A stretch of DNA of 64,000 bases from a virus. The notes below the pieces were generated by a model. The model saw only the letters and a program-made list of their open reading frames with translations. It searched no databases and was not told the DNA's origin. Position 1 is the stretch's first letter; each line of letters begins with the position of its first letter. The stretch lies in the IMG/VR virus record IMGVR_UViG_3300045988_141143; one strand, written 5' to 3'. Made by a program: the position numbers and the translations under genes. Of the stretch, positions 1-9,229 are shown one piece after another.

Positions 1-70
1 ACTAAGCATATACTATATACTTTTAATTTTTTATATACTTTTGCAATACAAAATACTAATATTATACGTT

Positions 71-361
71 ATGAATAGGATAAAGCAAATACTAAAAGAA
101 CGCAATATTACGCAAAAGGAGTTCGCCGCCCTGCTTGGTATCTCTCCAGTCGGTTTATACCAGCAAATTAAAAAGCCATCTTATCCCACGTTAGAAAAGT
201 GGGCGGCCGTGCTTAATATTCCGATGTGGCAACTTTTCGCCAGCCCTGAAGAGGTTGCAGCCAACACGCAGCAGGAGGGGCAAGGCGTGCGCCTTGTGTG
301 TCCTCATTGCGGAAAACCTTTGCACATTGATTTAGCCAAGAGCGAAGTGTACCAAAATTAA
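71..361 (+). CDS. XRE-family HTH DNA-binding protein with C-terminal CPHCG zinc-ribbon-like tail
   Basis: HTH signature ITQKEFAALLGIS...IKKPSYPTLEKWAAVLNIPMWQLF. C-terminal CPHCGKP. The track ORF starts at 41; an internal Met at 71 (MNRIKQIL) is the more likely start. Confidence 0.55.
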   Translation: MNRIKQILKERNITQKEFAALLGISPVGLYQQIKKPSYPTLEKWAAVLNIPMWQLFASPEEVAANTQQEGQGVRLVCPHCGKPLHIDLAKSEVYQN

Positions 362-366
362 AAAAG

Positions 367-711
367 ATGAAATCATACATTAAAGATATACTAACCGAAA
401 AGGGCATTACACAAAAAGAACTCGCCCAGCGCCTCGACGTTAGACAAGCGACGATTTCCGCCGTAATCTCGCGGCCATCGTTTCCAACCTTGGAGCGCAT
501 CGCCGCCGCCTTGGATGTAGAGCCGTGGCAGCTCCTCGCCCCTCCTGCAGTTGTGGAGGAGGTGAAGCAAGCCAGGGCGCAGCGCGAAAGCGGTGTAGGT
601 GGTGCCCTGGTTGGTGTCGTGCGTGTCGGCGGTGAGATCTACACAGCCGACACCGTGCAACAGCTCCGCGCCATCGTGGAGAGGCTGGAGAGAGAAGAAG
701 CAAAGAAGTAA
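367..711 (+). CDS. XRE-family HTH DNA-binding protein
   Basis: ITQKELAQRLDVRQATISAVISRPSFPTLERIAAALDVEPWQLL is a paralog of the upstream HTH. The C-terminal LRAIVERLEREEAKK is partly duplicated at 1594-1620. Confidence 0.55.
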   Translation: MKSYIKDILTEKGITQKELAQRLDVRQATISAVISRPSFPTLERIAAALDVEPWQLLAPPAVVEEVKQARAQRESGVGGALVGVVRVGGEIYTADTVQQLRAIVERLEREEAKK

Positions 712-751
712 AAAACAAAAAAAATCCCGACAGGGTGCAAACCTTGTCGGG
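712..751 (-). terminator. Rho-independent terminator downstream of hicB
   Basis: Hairpin CCCGACAGG(725-733)/CTTGTCGGG(743-751), followed on the minus strand by T-run ATTTTTTTTGTTTTTT. Confidence 0.4.
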
Positions 752-796
752 AAAACTTCGGCTAATTTCCTAAGCTGTCAAACAAATAAAACTAAC

Positions 797-1204
797 CTAA
801 AGTATAACGGCCGCCGCCAACTCACGGGCAAAACGGTGCAAAGCGTTTATAATTTTCTCTTTCTGTGCCTGTCGCGGTTTCTTGCGTCCGTGCATATAGG
901 CCCATAGTTGTTTTTGATTTATCCCCGTGATACGCTCCATACCTGCAAGAGATATAAAACTACCGTAATAATACAAAAAGCTTTCGGTATCATACCGCCA
1001 TATAATTGTATATTCGCCAGCCTTCAGAGGTTCGGGCCAGTCCTCGCGCGGCATGTTCTTTTTTATTAACTCGATAGCTCGCACGGTGTCGGCCTTGCAT
1101 GCTTCCACGGTGTCACCAGCCGCCCAAATTCCGGGGCAATTCTCAGAGCATGCGCCGAAACTGTCGGCACTTGCAGAAATAAGCATTATAATTTCGTTTG
1201 CCAT
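797..1204 (-). CDS. hicB: HicB-family antitoxin
   Basis: N-terminal HicB/UPF0150-like segment ENCPGIWAAGDTVEACKADTVRAIELI plus a C-terminal basic DNA-binding tail. Lies immediately downstream of a HicA-like ORF. Confidence 0.65.
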   Translation of the reverse strand: MANEIIMLISASADSFGACSENCPGIWAAGDTVEACKADTVRAIELIKKNMPREDWPEPLKAGEYTIIWRYDTESFLYYYGSFISLAGMERITGINQKQLWAYMHGRKKPRQAQKEKIINALHRFARELAAAVIL

Positions 1205-1233
1205 ATCCTTATATATATTATTTCGTTTGTTAT

Positions 1234-1267
1234 GAAAGAGGAAAGGGGCGCGCCCCTTTCCTCTTTC
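1234..1267. repeat. Perfect 34-bp palindrome with 17-bp arms between hicA and hicB
   Basis: GAAAGAGGAAAGGGGCG|CGCCCCTTTCCTCTTTC, centred at 1250/1251. No adjacent T-run. Confidence 0.85.
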
Positions 1268-1272
1268 TTCTG

Positions 1273-1451
1273 CTAAATTCCAATCGCTCGCGCTATGCTC
1301 CGCCGTAACGGCTCGGGCACCTCCTTTGCCCCATGAAAGGGGACAGGGGCGAGAGCTTTCCGCCCTTGGTGTAAAAGTAGTGCGAGCCTTCGGCGTGGTC
1401 GAACTTCCAGCCCTTGGCCTTGATTCTTCGGTGAAATTCTGTGTACTTCAT
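1273..1451 (-). pseudogene. hicA: HicA-family mRNA interferase toxin with an apparent frameshift after about codon 31
   Basis: MKYTEFHRRIKAKGWKFDHAEGSHYFYTKGG matches the HicA N-terminus. The in-frame tail SPLSPFMGQRRCPSRYGGA ends at 1293, whereas another frame gives a HicA-like C-terminus KALAPVPFHGAKEVPEPLRRSIARAIGI ending at 1273. Confidence 0.5.
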
Positions 1452-2193
1452 TGCTTTATATGTTTTATTTGTTTGACGTTGCAAAGGTAGTAAAATTTCT
1501 ACCTTTTACCAAATATTTTTGCAATTATTTTTGCTTTCGTCATTATTTTTTTCTTTTCACCTTATTATATAGGCGCACGGCTGCACCTCTGCGCCATCGT
1601 CGAGAGGCTGGAGCAGGGCAGCACACCACCACCGCGGACTACTTCGCCACCGTTCAGGCATCCACAGCAGCCACCGACGAGCAACAGCACACACGACCGC
1701 CACACCCTCGCCCCGTCTGGTATGCCTCACGCCCTGAGCTGCGCACCCTCTCCCCATCCAGGGCGCACCCTCTACCGCCTGAGTGCGTCCGCATATATGA
1801 TAAGTTTTAGCTAAATCGGGTGCACGCAAGGCTCTCCAGTGCGGCGGCGCTCTCGCCTGTGAATCGAAGTTGCAAGGGAAGTTTGCAGGATGCGATTGCT
1901 CTAATTATCAATTATTTAGGTGTTCCTCTTGGGATGGCTTTTACAGGAGTGATTTTTAGTTAAGACATTGATTATTAACTATTTATAGGGGTAAAATAAT
2001 AATTCAGATACAACAAAAAAAATAGATAATATGCCTCTATTTTTACAAAAAAATACAAAAGAAAACTCTGCGAACAGATAAAACTATACTCTTTTGAACA
2101 GAAATAAACGTATATAATAATTATTTTTCAGAAAAACTTGCAAAATACAAATATATGTATTAACTTTGCAGCCAAAACAATACTAATATAAAC

Positions 2194-2487
2194 ATGAGAA
2201 CGAAAATAGACATTCGTCGCGCCATAAAAGAGCGCGGTTACACCATTACGTCTTTCTGTCAGAAGTTCGACCTAAAGACGCAGAACATCATTCAGAATTA
2301 CATCAAAGGCAACCCTACAATAAAACGTTTGGAAGACCTTTGCGAGAAACTGGATTGCGACATCACTGATTTGTTCTATCCAATAGGCGATTCGAGCGAT
2401 GCACAGTCTACTATCAACACCACCGCTTTATGTCCTCATTGTGGTGCAAAGGTTCGGGTCGGTGTGGTGCTCCTGCCCGAAGAATAA
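2194..2487 (+). CDS. XRE-family HTH DNA-binding protein with C-terminal CPHCG zinc-ribbon-like tail
   Basis: HTH signature ITSFCQKFDLKTQNIIQNYIKG. C-terminal CPHCGAKVRVG, paralogous to the ORF at 71-361. Confidence 0.55.
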   Translation: MRTKIDIRRAIKERGYTITSFCQKFDLKTQNIIQNYIKGNPTIKRLEDLCEKLDCDITDLFYPIGDSSDAQSTINTTALCPHCGAKVRVGVVLLPEE

Positions 2488-2557
2488 GAAAATCCCACGG
2501 CAAGTCTTTTTGTGCATGCCGTGGGAAATGTTAAGGCTTTTGTGTGCAAGCCAGCCT

Positions 2558-3001
2558 TTAAGACTCCAGCTCGCCGCCAGGTTTCTGACCGCCGCCTTCA
2601 GTGGTGGAGCCGCCGGGCTTCACGCCACCCGTGAGGTCGTTGCCGGCAAGGATGACCTTGAGGTCATCGGTGACGAGGGAGCGCATGTAGCTGTAGGGGT
2701 TGCCGATTTTGTGCTGCGCCTTGTAGGCCTTCATCACGGCGAGGTAAGCCTCCGTGCCCTTGGCCGACGTAGCCGACGGGCGGTTCTGCTTCCACCAAGA
2801 GGAGGCGAACTGCGATTTCTTCGTAAACGAAGATTTCACCGTCTGCTGTTTCTCACTGTTCGGCTGCACGCATCCGTGATAGCCAGCCGAATACATCTTA
2901 CCCGTGCGTTTGTTGACACCAATATAAGTAGTGTCCTTTTTGCACAGTTTGCCACTAATGGAACTAACCAAGTGGCTTGGAACAATCTTTGCCATACGCA
3001 A
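2558..3001 (-). CDS. Hypothetical protein with a Gly-rich acidic C-terminal tail shared with the HU-like protein at 24288-24839
   Basis: Ends TTEGGGQKPGGELES, compared with TTGGGEQKPGGNPPEIES in the HU-like protein. The 3-prime ~35 nt are ~85% identical between the two genes. The opposite-strand ORF 2399-3004 is low-complexity. Confidence 0.4.
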   Translation of the reverse strand: MRMAKIVPSHLVSSISGKLCKKDTTYIGVNKRTGKMYSAGYHGCVQPNSEKQQTVKSSFTKKSQFASSWWKQNRPSATSAKGTEAYLAVMKAYKAQHKIGNPYSYMRSLVTDDLKVILAGNDLTGGVKPGGSTTEGGGQKPGGELES

Positions 3002-3173
3002 TAAATTTTTCCGTGAAACATTGTCCCTAAAAAGGGGCGTTAATACACTCAGAGCAAGTCTACTGAAAGTCTACTGAAAGTTCACTGACGTTGCTCATAG
3101 TGTAAAGGTACGAAAAACGTGCGTGAAACATCGGACATAAAAAATAATTACTAACTAAAATAACAGATTTATT

Positions 3174-3758
3174 ATGAAGAAAATTTTCAGTTTTTTGCTC
3201 ATGTTAGCCATGATGCTTGCCATGGGCGCGAGTGTAGCGAGCTGTAGCAGTAGCAGTGACGATGAAGGTGGAGAAAAAAATCCTCCAGAAGAAGAGTATG
3301 TCGCAAAAGAAAGCAAGTTTTGCGATGCCTTGAGAAAATTCAAGGTATCAGGGTTTGACTACCATCAATACCAATATGTCAGTAAATTCTCGCTGCATAG
3401 CGAGGCTCGCAGTGGAATAGATGCCACCGACCGATGGGAGATTGGAATGTATATAGCAAACGACCCAGGTCTGGATAAGTGGGACGGCACATACCAGTTA
3501 GACCAACTTTGGGGTACGCTCTACGGCTTTGAAAATGGGTACGAGGTGACAAAGGCATATTTAGGTACGGAAGATACTCTCCCAGTGAAAGGAGCATGGA
3601 TAAAATTCACCTACTTGCACAAAAACGACAAATACGGCAACAAGATATACACCATAGAGCTGCATATCGACGAAATGAAGGAGAAAAACGGCGACTACGC
3701 ACGCGACATCAACATCACATATACTGGTTCGATTAGTGGCGGCATGATAGAATATTAA
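3174..3758 (+). CDS. Lipoprotein
   Basis: Signal peptide MKKIFSFLLMLAMMLAMGASVASC with lipobox VASC, followed by an SSSSDDEGG linker. Confidence 0.55.
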   Translation: MKKIFSFLLMLAMMLAMGASVASCSSSSDDEGGEKNPPEEEYVAKESKFCDALRKFKVSGFDYHQYQYVSKFSLHSEARSGIDATDRWEIGMYIANDPGLDKWDGTYQLDQLWGTLYGFENGYEVTKAYLGTEDTLPVKGAWIKFTYLHKNDKYGNKIYTIELHIDEMKEKNGDYARDINITYTGSISGGMIEY

Positions 3759-3868
3759 AGATATATGGGTGAAAGTTTGCATGTTTCGCAAACTTTGCTT
3801 ACCTTTGCAGTGCTATAATGTGACTCGAAGTTTCAAATAGAGAGTCATAATCTAAAATTAAAAGTATG

Positions 3869-3916
3869 GATCCCTGCTATTCGTGAGAATGGCAGGGATT
3901 GTTATATGTTTTTTCT
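3869..3916 (+). terminator. Rho-independent terminator after the lipoprotein gene
   Basis: ATCCCTGC...GCAGGGAT hairpin followed by TGTTATATGTTTTTTCTTG. Confidence 0.5.
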
Positions 3917-3994
3917 TGAAACGACCAAATTTTTTCGTTTCCAATTATTTCCTAAGAAATAAAAGGAAATAAATGGAAACGAGTTCTGCCCCAA

Positions 3995-4276
3995 TCAACA
4001 GAGCACGACAATATGATTCATCTTCAAGATATAAGCAAAGATGAAATAGTTGATGATGCTTCCCAGGATGATGACGAGGGTGTATCGCACAATATCCTCC
4101 CACTCGAACTTTGCCAAATGATAGTGTTTGTATTGATATACCTCTCTACATATCATTACAGGCAAAGCAAGCGGACCTACAAATATACTGACAAACAGCC
4201 AACAGGCGAGACCGATGAGGTCGCGCTTGTTGAGGGTGATGAGGTTTCGGAGAAATGTCTTCATACGCAGAGCCAA
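3995..4276 (-). CDS. Small membrane protein
   Basis: Two or three hydrophobic segments. Overlaps the next minus-strand gene by 16 nt. The opposite-strand ORF is D/E-rich low complexity. Confidence 0.3.
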   Translation of the reverse strand: MALRMKTFLRNLITLNKRDLIGLACWLFVSIFVGPLALPVMICREVYQYKHYHLAKFEWEDIVRYTLVIILGSIINYFIFAYILKMNHIVVLC

Positions 4277-4788
4277 TAGGTGAAATATACGTCAATGAAG
4301 CCCGCCATCTCTGCCCAATACCAGGGTTTGTAGAATGATGCCCTGCGGTCGAAGATGTAGAGGCAGAGAAGGTACTCTGCCAGTACGATGAGTGTCATCA
4401 TCCAGCATACGGACAGACTCCAACCTACACATCCTATGGCGGCTACGATGGCTCCTCCCTTATGGACAGGGTAGGCGTCGGCATCGAGATAGTTGGGTGC
4501 CGCACCGACAAAGAGCAGTCCTGCGCAACCTATGAAGGCGAGGCACTGAATGCCCTTGCCCGTGTCGAGCATACATATCATCATGGCGATGGCTGTGAAG
4601 AACATGATAAAGGTGAAGAGAAGTCCATAGTTGTGCTTCGTCTTGTTGCCTATCACCTCGCTGCCCGTGCAGTTTTGCAACTGATAGTAAATGTCGCTTA
4701 TCATGTCGGGTGCTCCGAAGCGCATAAACGACAGAAGAAGGAATCCTCCAAGCAGGAGGAATGAGATAATACTTAATATACACATCAT
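4261..4788 (-). CDS. Polytopic membrane protein
   Basis: Five or six predicted TM helices (LLLGGFLLLSF, LLFTFIMFFTAIAMMICML, IVAAIGCVGWSLSVCWMMTLIVL). Confidence 0.45.
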   Translation of the reverse strand: MMCILSIISFLLLGGFLLLSFMRFGAPDMISDIYYQLQNCTGSEVIGNKTKHNYGLLFTFIMFFTAIAMMICMLDTGKGIQCLAFIGCAGLLFVGAAPNYLDADAYPVHKGGAIVAAIGCVGWSLSVCWMMTLIVLAEYLLCLYIFDRRASFYKPWYWAEMAGFIDVYFTYWLCV

Positions 4789-4880
4789 AATCTTTTTATA
4801 TTAATGGGTTTTGGGAATACTGACCATTTTCGTGAGGTCACGAATATGGTTATCATTTTCCCGGCATCAGGAAAATGATA

Positions 4881-5399
4881 TTATACACTCATCTCAAGCA
4901 TCTTCGGGTAGCCTGCCTTGTAGTCGTAGGCTTCCACCTCCTCGATGGTCGTCAGCTGACTGACTGCTTGCTTATGGCTCGCCGTAACGTTAAAACACTC
5001 GTAAGCATAGTTTTCGATGCTTCGCATGAGTACTTCGGCTTGCGCACATGGCATAGTAAAAGATACACCTTTTAGCCATATAGCGATATTTTCCTCGCCA
5101 AGCGCAAACTTGTCAGCAATATTCTGTCGTAAGTCCATGCGCTTTTCGACGTTAGGAGAATTAGTGTCATCCTTGTTCCATGAAATAAGCATACCGTTTA
5201 AAATAAAGCCGTTTACCTTGTCTGAGGTGTCGTAGGCTGTTATCTCTTCCTCCTTCTTTGAGATGGCATAAGCCAATTCTGCCGCCTTTACTCTTTCATC
5301 GAATTTAGCGTAAGCAGCCTTCACCTCGTCCTCATCGAATAGCGATGTCGGGATGCTACATTCATAACACCGATAAGCTCCTATCTCGCTATCCAACAC
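4881..5399 (-). CDS. Tail-fiber-associated protein (putative fiber assembly/chaperone), paralog A
   Basis: C-terminal YECFNVTASHKQAVSQLTTIEEVEAYDYKAGYPKML is paralogous to the ORF at 5974-6519. Located directly downstream of the fiber genes. Confidence 0.4.
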   Translation of the reverse strand: MLDSEIGAYRCYECSIPTSLFDEDEVKAAYAKFDERVKAAELAYAISKKEEEITAYDTSDKVNGFILNGMLISWNKDDTNSPNVEKRMDLRQNIADKFALGEENIAIWLKGVSFTMPCAQAEVLMRSIENYAYECFNVTASHKQAVSQLTTIEEVEAYDYKAGYPKMLEMSV

Positions 5400-5559
5400 C
5401 TCGCCAAGATGGTAGATGGTGATTGTTTCACTCTTGTCTGAACTACCGATTTCATATTTTTTTTAAAACTGGTCAGCAGGAATAATCGTACTGACAAACG
5501 AAATTGTTTTTTTCATAATTTTACCTTTCTTTTAAAGTTACTTTTTATTCTACTCTCTC

Positions 5560-5961
5560 TCAAAGAGGCAAATAGGTCAGCAAGCGTAGACAGGCAGAAA
5601 ACGAGTAGGCGACGGGCTTTCTGTTGGTGCCAATCTGATACGCGCAGTAAACAACAAACGTGGCACTACCCTGCGTTGAAGTCCATCTAATGGTTTTCTT
5701 AACGAAAGTTTCATAGGCTGTGGCAGTGCTTGCATCAAACAATTCCGTCAGAATTTCCTTGATAGTCTCAAGGTTAGCTACATGTACTAATTCCTGTCCT
5801 ATCGACATAATGAAACCACGCTGTTCTTCACCACCTAACGTAAGAATTGTGTTATATGCGTAGTCAAAGGCTGGCAAGGGGAAAGCCTGCGCTTGTCCCT
5901 CCACCATCTTCATCACTGGTATTCGCAGCGTGAAGTCGTTACCTTTAACGATTTTCTTCAT
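5560..5961 (-). CDS. Hypothetical protein
   Basis: ORF in the operon orientation. No recognisable motif. Confidence 0.35.
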   Translation of the reverse strand: MKKIVKGNDFTLRIPVMKMVEGQAQAFPLPAFDYAYNTILTLGGEEQRGFIMSIGQELVHVANLETIKEILTELFDASTATAYETFVKKTIRWTSTQGSATFVVYCAYQIGTNRKPVAYSFSACLRLLTYLPL

Positions 5962-5973
5962 ATAGCTATAAAA

Positions 5974-6519
5974 TTAAATTGTTAGTCGTACTTTTTCGGG
6001 ATAACCTGCCGTAATATCATAAGCTATCAATGAGTCTATCGTCTGTAACTCCGCAACCTTATCAAGATGGGTCTGCGTAACATTGTAGCAGTCTTTGGCG
6101 TAGACCTCTATCTTGCTGATAAGGTCTTGAGCTGTGTCAATAGGCAGGGTATAACACTCACCGTCGAGCCACAGGGTCGTTTCCGTTCTCCCCATTCGTC
6201 TCAGTCGCTCGTTGCCCTGATACACTCTGTCTCTTGTCTCGAAGTCGAGCCAGTGAGCCTCGTCGTTGAGATAAAACGTATTCACCTCTGCGCTCTTATC
6301 GTACTCCGTTATCTGCTCGATGCACTTGATTCTCAGAGCCTCTGTCAGCTGTTCTTCTGTGGGCACCTCATCGGTATTCATACCGAGCAGCACGCAGTCA
6401 TACAGATACTCACCGTCTTCAGTCTTGCGTTCGTTCACAGCAAGACGCACCTCATTATTTTTCCATGTCGCAACCTTCGTTTCCAAAGGCGTAGCATACA
6501 ATTCCTTATATGTTATCAT
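5974..6519 (-). CDS. Tail-fiber-associated protein, paralog B
   Basis: C-terminal KDCYNVTQTHLDKVAELQTIDSLIAYDITAGYPEKV matches paralog A. Confidence 0.4.
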   Translation of the reverse strand: MITYKELYATPLETKVATWKNNEVRLAVNERKTEDGEYLYDCVLLGMNTDEVPTEEQLTEALRIKCIEQITEYDKSAEVNTFYLNDEAHWLDFETRDRVYQGNERLRRMGRTETTLWLDGECYTLPIDTAQDLISKIEVYAKDCYNVTQTHLDKVAELQTIDSLIAYDITAGYPEKVRLTI

Positions 6520-6525
6520 ATTCGT

Positions 6526-9168
6526 TTAGTAATTATTGTTGCTCATTATTCCTACGTCAAGATTACCGAAAGTGGTTTCTGTCTGTATCGAATAGATTCT
6601 TCCATACCCTGCGAGTGTCATGTACTTAGCGCCGAAGGTGGCTATCTGTACATAGAAGGATGGCCTTGTCACGCTCTGCCCCTTCTTGATGGCAGGCACC
6701 AGCTTTGTGTTGTCGTAGGCCGTGGCATCCCCAGTAAGGAACACGCCATCCGCAAGATTTGTCAGCGCACCATTCTTCACCATTGTGCGGCTCGTAAAAG
6801 TCCTTCCGTCGGCTGCACTCGCAAGGTCGTAAGTACCCAATCCGTTTGCCGAGTCGGCTACTATCTTTCCGTTCACTCTTGGCGCTGAGTAACGATACAG
6901 GGTTGTCGTTTTGCCCGTCGCACCCTTAACGAAAAGAATGTAGTTGTTATCCTTCGTTGCCGTGTACCACGACTTGGTGGTATCAACCCACGGTAGGTCT
7001 ACATTCTCTCCGAGCGGAGTCGTCAGTCCTGCGTCCTCTGCTTTGATATATTGCGCAGAAGTTATCTTCGCGTCGGTCTTGCTTAGCGAGGCGATACCAG
7101 CAGGGCCGAGGTCATAGAGAAAGTTTCCGTTGTCGTCGTAGTACGACAGCACGGCCTGTCCCGAACTGTTCAGACCGAAGCGGATGTTTGCAGTTCCTGC
7201 CTTGCCGTAGATATTGATAAGGCCATCGGCTATCCTTACCATCTGTCCGTTGTGTCCTTGGGATGTAAGCATCTGCGCCAGTATCAGAGCCGCATTGATG
7301 GCTCCGTCTTTAAAGAGAGCGGCTGTCGTTGTCTGACCGGTAGAGAGCGTGTTCTCCACCTTGATTTTCTCGCCATACAGAGTTACTCCTCTCGACGTAA
7401 TCTCAAGTCCTGCCGCCTTTGCTGTGGCTCTGTCGATGAGGTCGGTCTTCCGTTCTGTATAATCAGTAAGTTGTGCGCCTTCCTCCAGTTTCGGCTTTGT
7501 CACCCAAGCCTCAGTATCGCCTGGAACACGTATCAGCACCTTGTCTGGGATTACCTCTGCTCCCTCGCCAGTATAGTCCTCTATTCGCCAATGCACCCAG
7601 TACCGCTTATAGGTCGAGGTGAGTGCGAGCTGTGCGTATCCGTCAGCCCAGCCGTCCGTATATTCGTTTCCTTCGCAGGTTTCTGTATATACATTTGCAT
7701 GAACGCTGTCTCCATAGAGAAAGACGTTGATGTTTCCGCTGCCCTTGGCAACGAAGGAGAACACATAGTCCTGATTCTTTACTATTCTCGCCTGCCCAGA
7801 AAGGGTAGCTGTTGTTGGAAATTTATATTGCAAGACTTCTGTGTACTGAGACTCTGCCGAGTTGTTTTTGTTGTACAATATACCGTAGCAGCCTTCGTAT
7901 TTTCCAAACATAATCAGTCCACTGGCAAGCTGGAGATTGCTTTTGTCAGACGATCTGGTCAGTGTCATCGTGTCCTCCATAAGGTTTCCTCCCACATAGT
8001 CGTAGTCCGTTTCCGCAGGAGTCCAGCCTGTGTACTCGCTTCCTTCTTCAAGCATTGGCATACATATCCATCCGTTGCCCGAGGCAGTATAACCAAAGGT
8101 TCCGTCCACGGTTATGCCATTGTAGACAAAGATATTCACCTCGATAAACTCTGCGTTGCTCGTATTGAAGGTGTAGTTCACCTGCCTCCACTGATTCACC
8201 TCGTTCTCCTTTGTCAGCCCGTACATGTTACCCGAGGTGGCAGTAATTCTGTCCCCTCTATCGCCATTCAGCGCAGCCATTTTGAACACCTCCGATATAA
8301 CCTGTAAGTCCTTCGTGTCGCACTTTATCCATGCCGAGAAAGTGTAGTCTGTATTCTTCTTCACAGCGATGCCGTTGACGGCCTGTCCCCAGAAAAGACC
8401 CTTGTACTGAGGCGTTCCGTTACCCGTCACCGAGAAGCGGATGGCATTATGGCCGTTTACGCCCTGTGTTATCGTAGGCTGGAAGATGCCGTTCATATAA
8501 TATATATCACCCTTCCTCGTCAGTGACGTATCTCGCAGTAGGTTATGCCGTCCTTGCTGGCTCTGAGTCACACTGAGAGTAATCTCCTTTGCTGTCTGCT
8601 TGATAGTAGATGTGTAGGCTTTGAGAACGGTAGGATTGCTTCCTTTGAGGTCGTTCTCCAATGCCTTAAATTGCGACTGATACTGCTTTGCCGTAGCCTT
8701 TACACTACCCATATACTTCGACACGTTCACCGAGAATGGAACTTGCGCAAAATAGAGAACACCAGTGTAAACAAATTGTGCGACCGCATAGCCTGATGTT
8801 GCAGAAACCTGTCCTTGATTTACCCCGTCAACAATTACATCGTTCTTTGCAATATTACTGCCTGATACAGATACTTCGATATATCCATCCTTCTGTGTTG
8901 CACTACATTTGCAATTTACACACAAATCATCCCTTGAGTTAATATTGCTGCATTCATTAGAGATATTCAGGTTACCCTTCATTATCTTTACCTTCGCAAC
9001 CTTTGATATGCTAACAGGTACAATTCCACTATCATCTGTGTCAAAAACGAGCGGAGCGTCTTCGACAATAATAGAAACGGCATCCTTGCCAGGCTTGCCT
9101 TGCGGGCCTGGCGCACCATCCTTTATCGCCGCTATCGTTATCTGGCCCCTCGCCAATAATACTGCCAT
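6526..9168 (-). CDS. Tail fiber / receptor-binding protein with a short collagen-like repeat
   Basis: 880 aa. N-terminal MAVLLARGQITIAAIKDGAPGPQGKPGKDA contains Gly-X-Y triplets. Shares its N-terminal motif with the ORF at 9214-10257. Antisense ORFs 6067-6888 and 7252-8307 are rejected. Confidence 0.5.
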   Translation of the reverse strand: MAVLLARGQITIAAIKDGAPGPQGKPGKDAVSIIVEDAPLVFDTDDSGIVPVSISKVAKVKIMKGNLNISNECSNINSRDDLCVNCKCSATQKDGYIEVSVSGSNIAKNDVIVDGVNQGQVSATSGYAVAQFVYTGVLYFAQVPFSVNVSKYMGSVKATAKQYQSQFKALENDLKGSNPTVLKAYTSTIKQTAKEITLSVTQSQQGRHNLLRDTSLTRKGDIYYMNGIFQPTITQGVNGHNAIRFSVTGNGTPQYKGLFWGQAVNGIAVKKNTDYTFSAWIKCDTKDLQVISEVFKMAALNGDRGDRITATSGNMYGLTKENEVNQWRQVNYTFNTSNAEFIEVNIFVYNGITVDGTFGYTASGNGWICMPMLEEGSEYTGWTPAETDYDYVGGNLMEDTMTLTRSSDKSNLQLASGLIMFGKYEGCYGILYNKNNSAESQYTEVLQYKFPTTATLSGQARIVKNQDYVFSFVAKGSGNINVFLYGDSVHANVYTETCEGNEYTDGWADGYAQLALTSTYKRYWVHWRIEDYTGEGAEVIPDKVLIRVPGDTEAWVTKPKLEEGAQLTDYTERKTDLIDRATAKAAGLEITSRGVTLYGEKIKVENTLSTGQTTTAALFKDGAINAALILAQMLTSQGHNGQMVRIADGLINIYGKAGTANIRFGLNSSGQAVLSYYDDNGNFLYDLGPAGIASLSKTDAKITSAQYIKAEDAGLTTPLGENVDLPWVDTTKSWYTATKDNNYILFVKGATGKTTTLYRYSAPRVNGKIVADSANGLGTYDLASAADGRTFTSRTMVKNGALTNLADGVFLTGDATAYDNTKLVPAIKKGQSVTRPSFYVQIATFGAKYMTLAGYGRIYSIQTETTFGNLDVGIMSNNNY

Positions 9169-9184
9169 ACTCTTTCATTTTTTT

Positions 9185-9229
9185 TATTAATAAAAAATAA
9201 GGGTGAGGTGCCCTTATTTAGACACCTCA
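9185..9229 (-). terminator. Rho-independent terminator
   Basis: Hairpin GTGAGGTG(9202-9209)/CACCTCAC(9222-9229) followed on the minus strand by CCTTATTTTTTATT. Confidence 0.4.

Noticed and set aside
2399-3004. Plus-strand 201-aa ORF overlapping the minus-strand gene
   Set aside because: The product is Leu/Arg/Ala-rich low complexity, typical of antisense reading of a real gene. The minus ORF has the conserved C-terminal tail.
6067-8307. Plus-strand ORFs of 273 and 351 aa inside the 880-aa fiber gene
   Set aside because: These are antisense artefacts of a long real gene. They are Cys/His/Leu-rich and lie inside an otherwise uniformly minus-strand operon.
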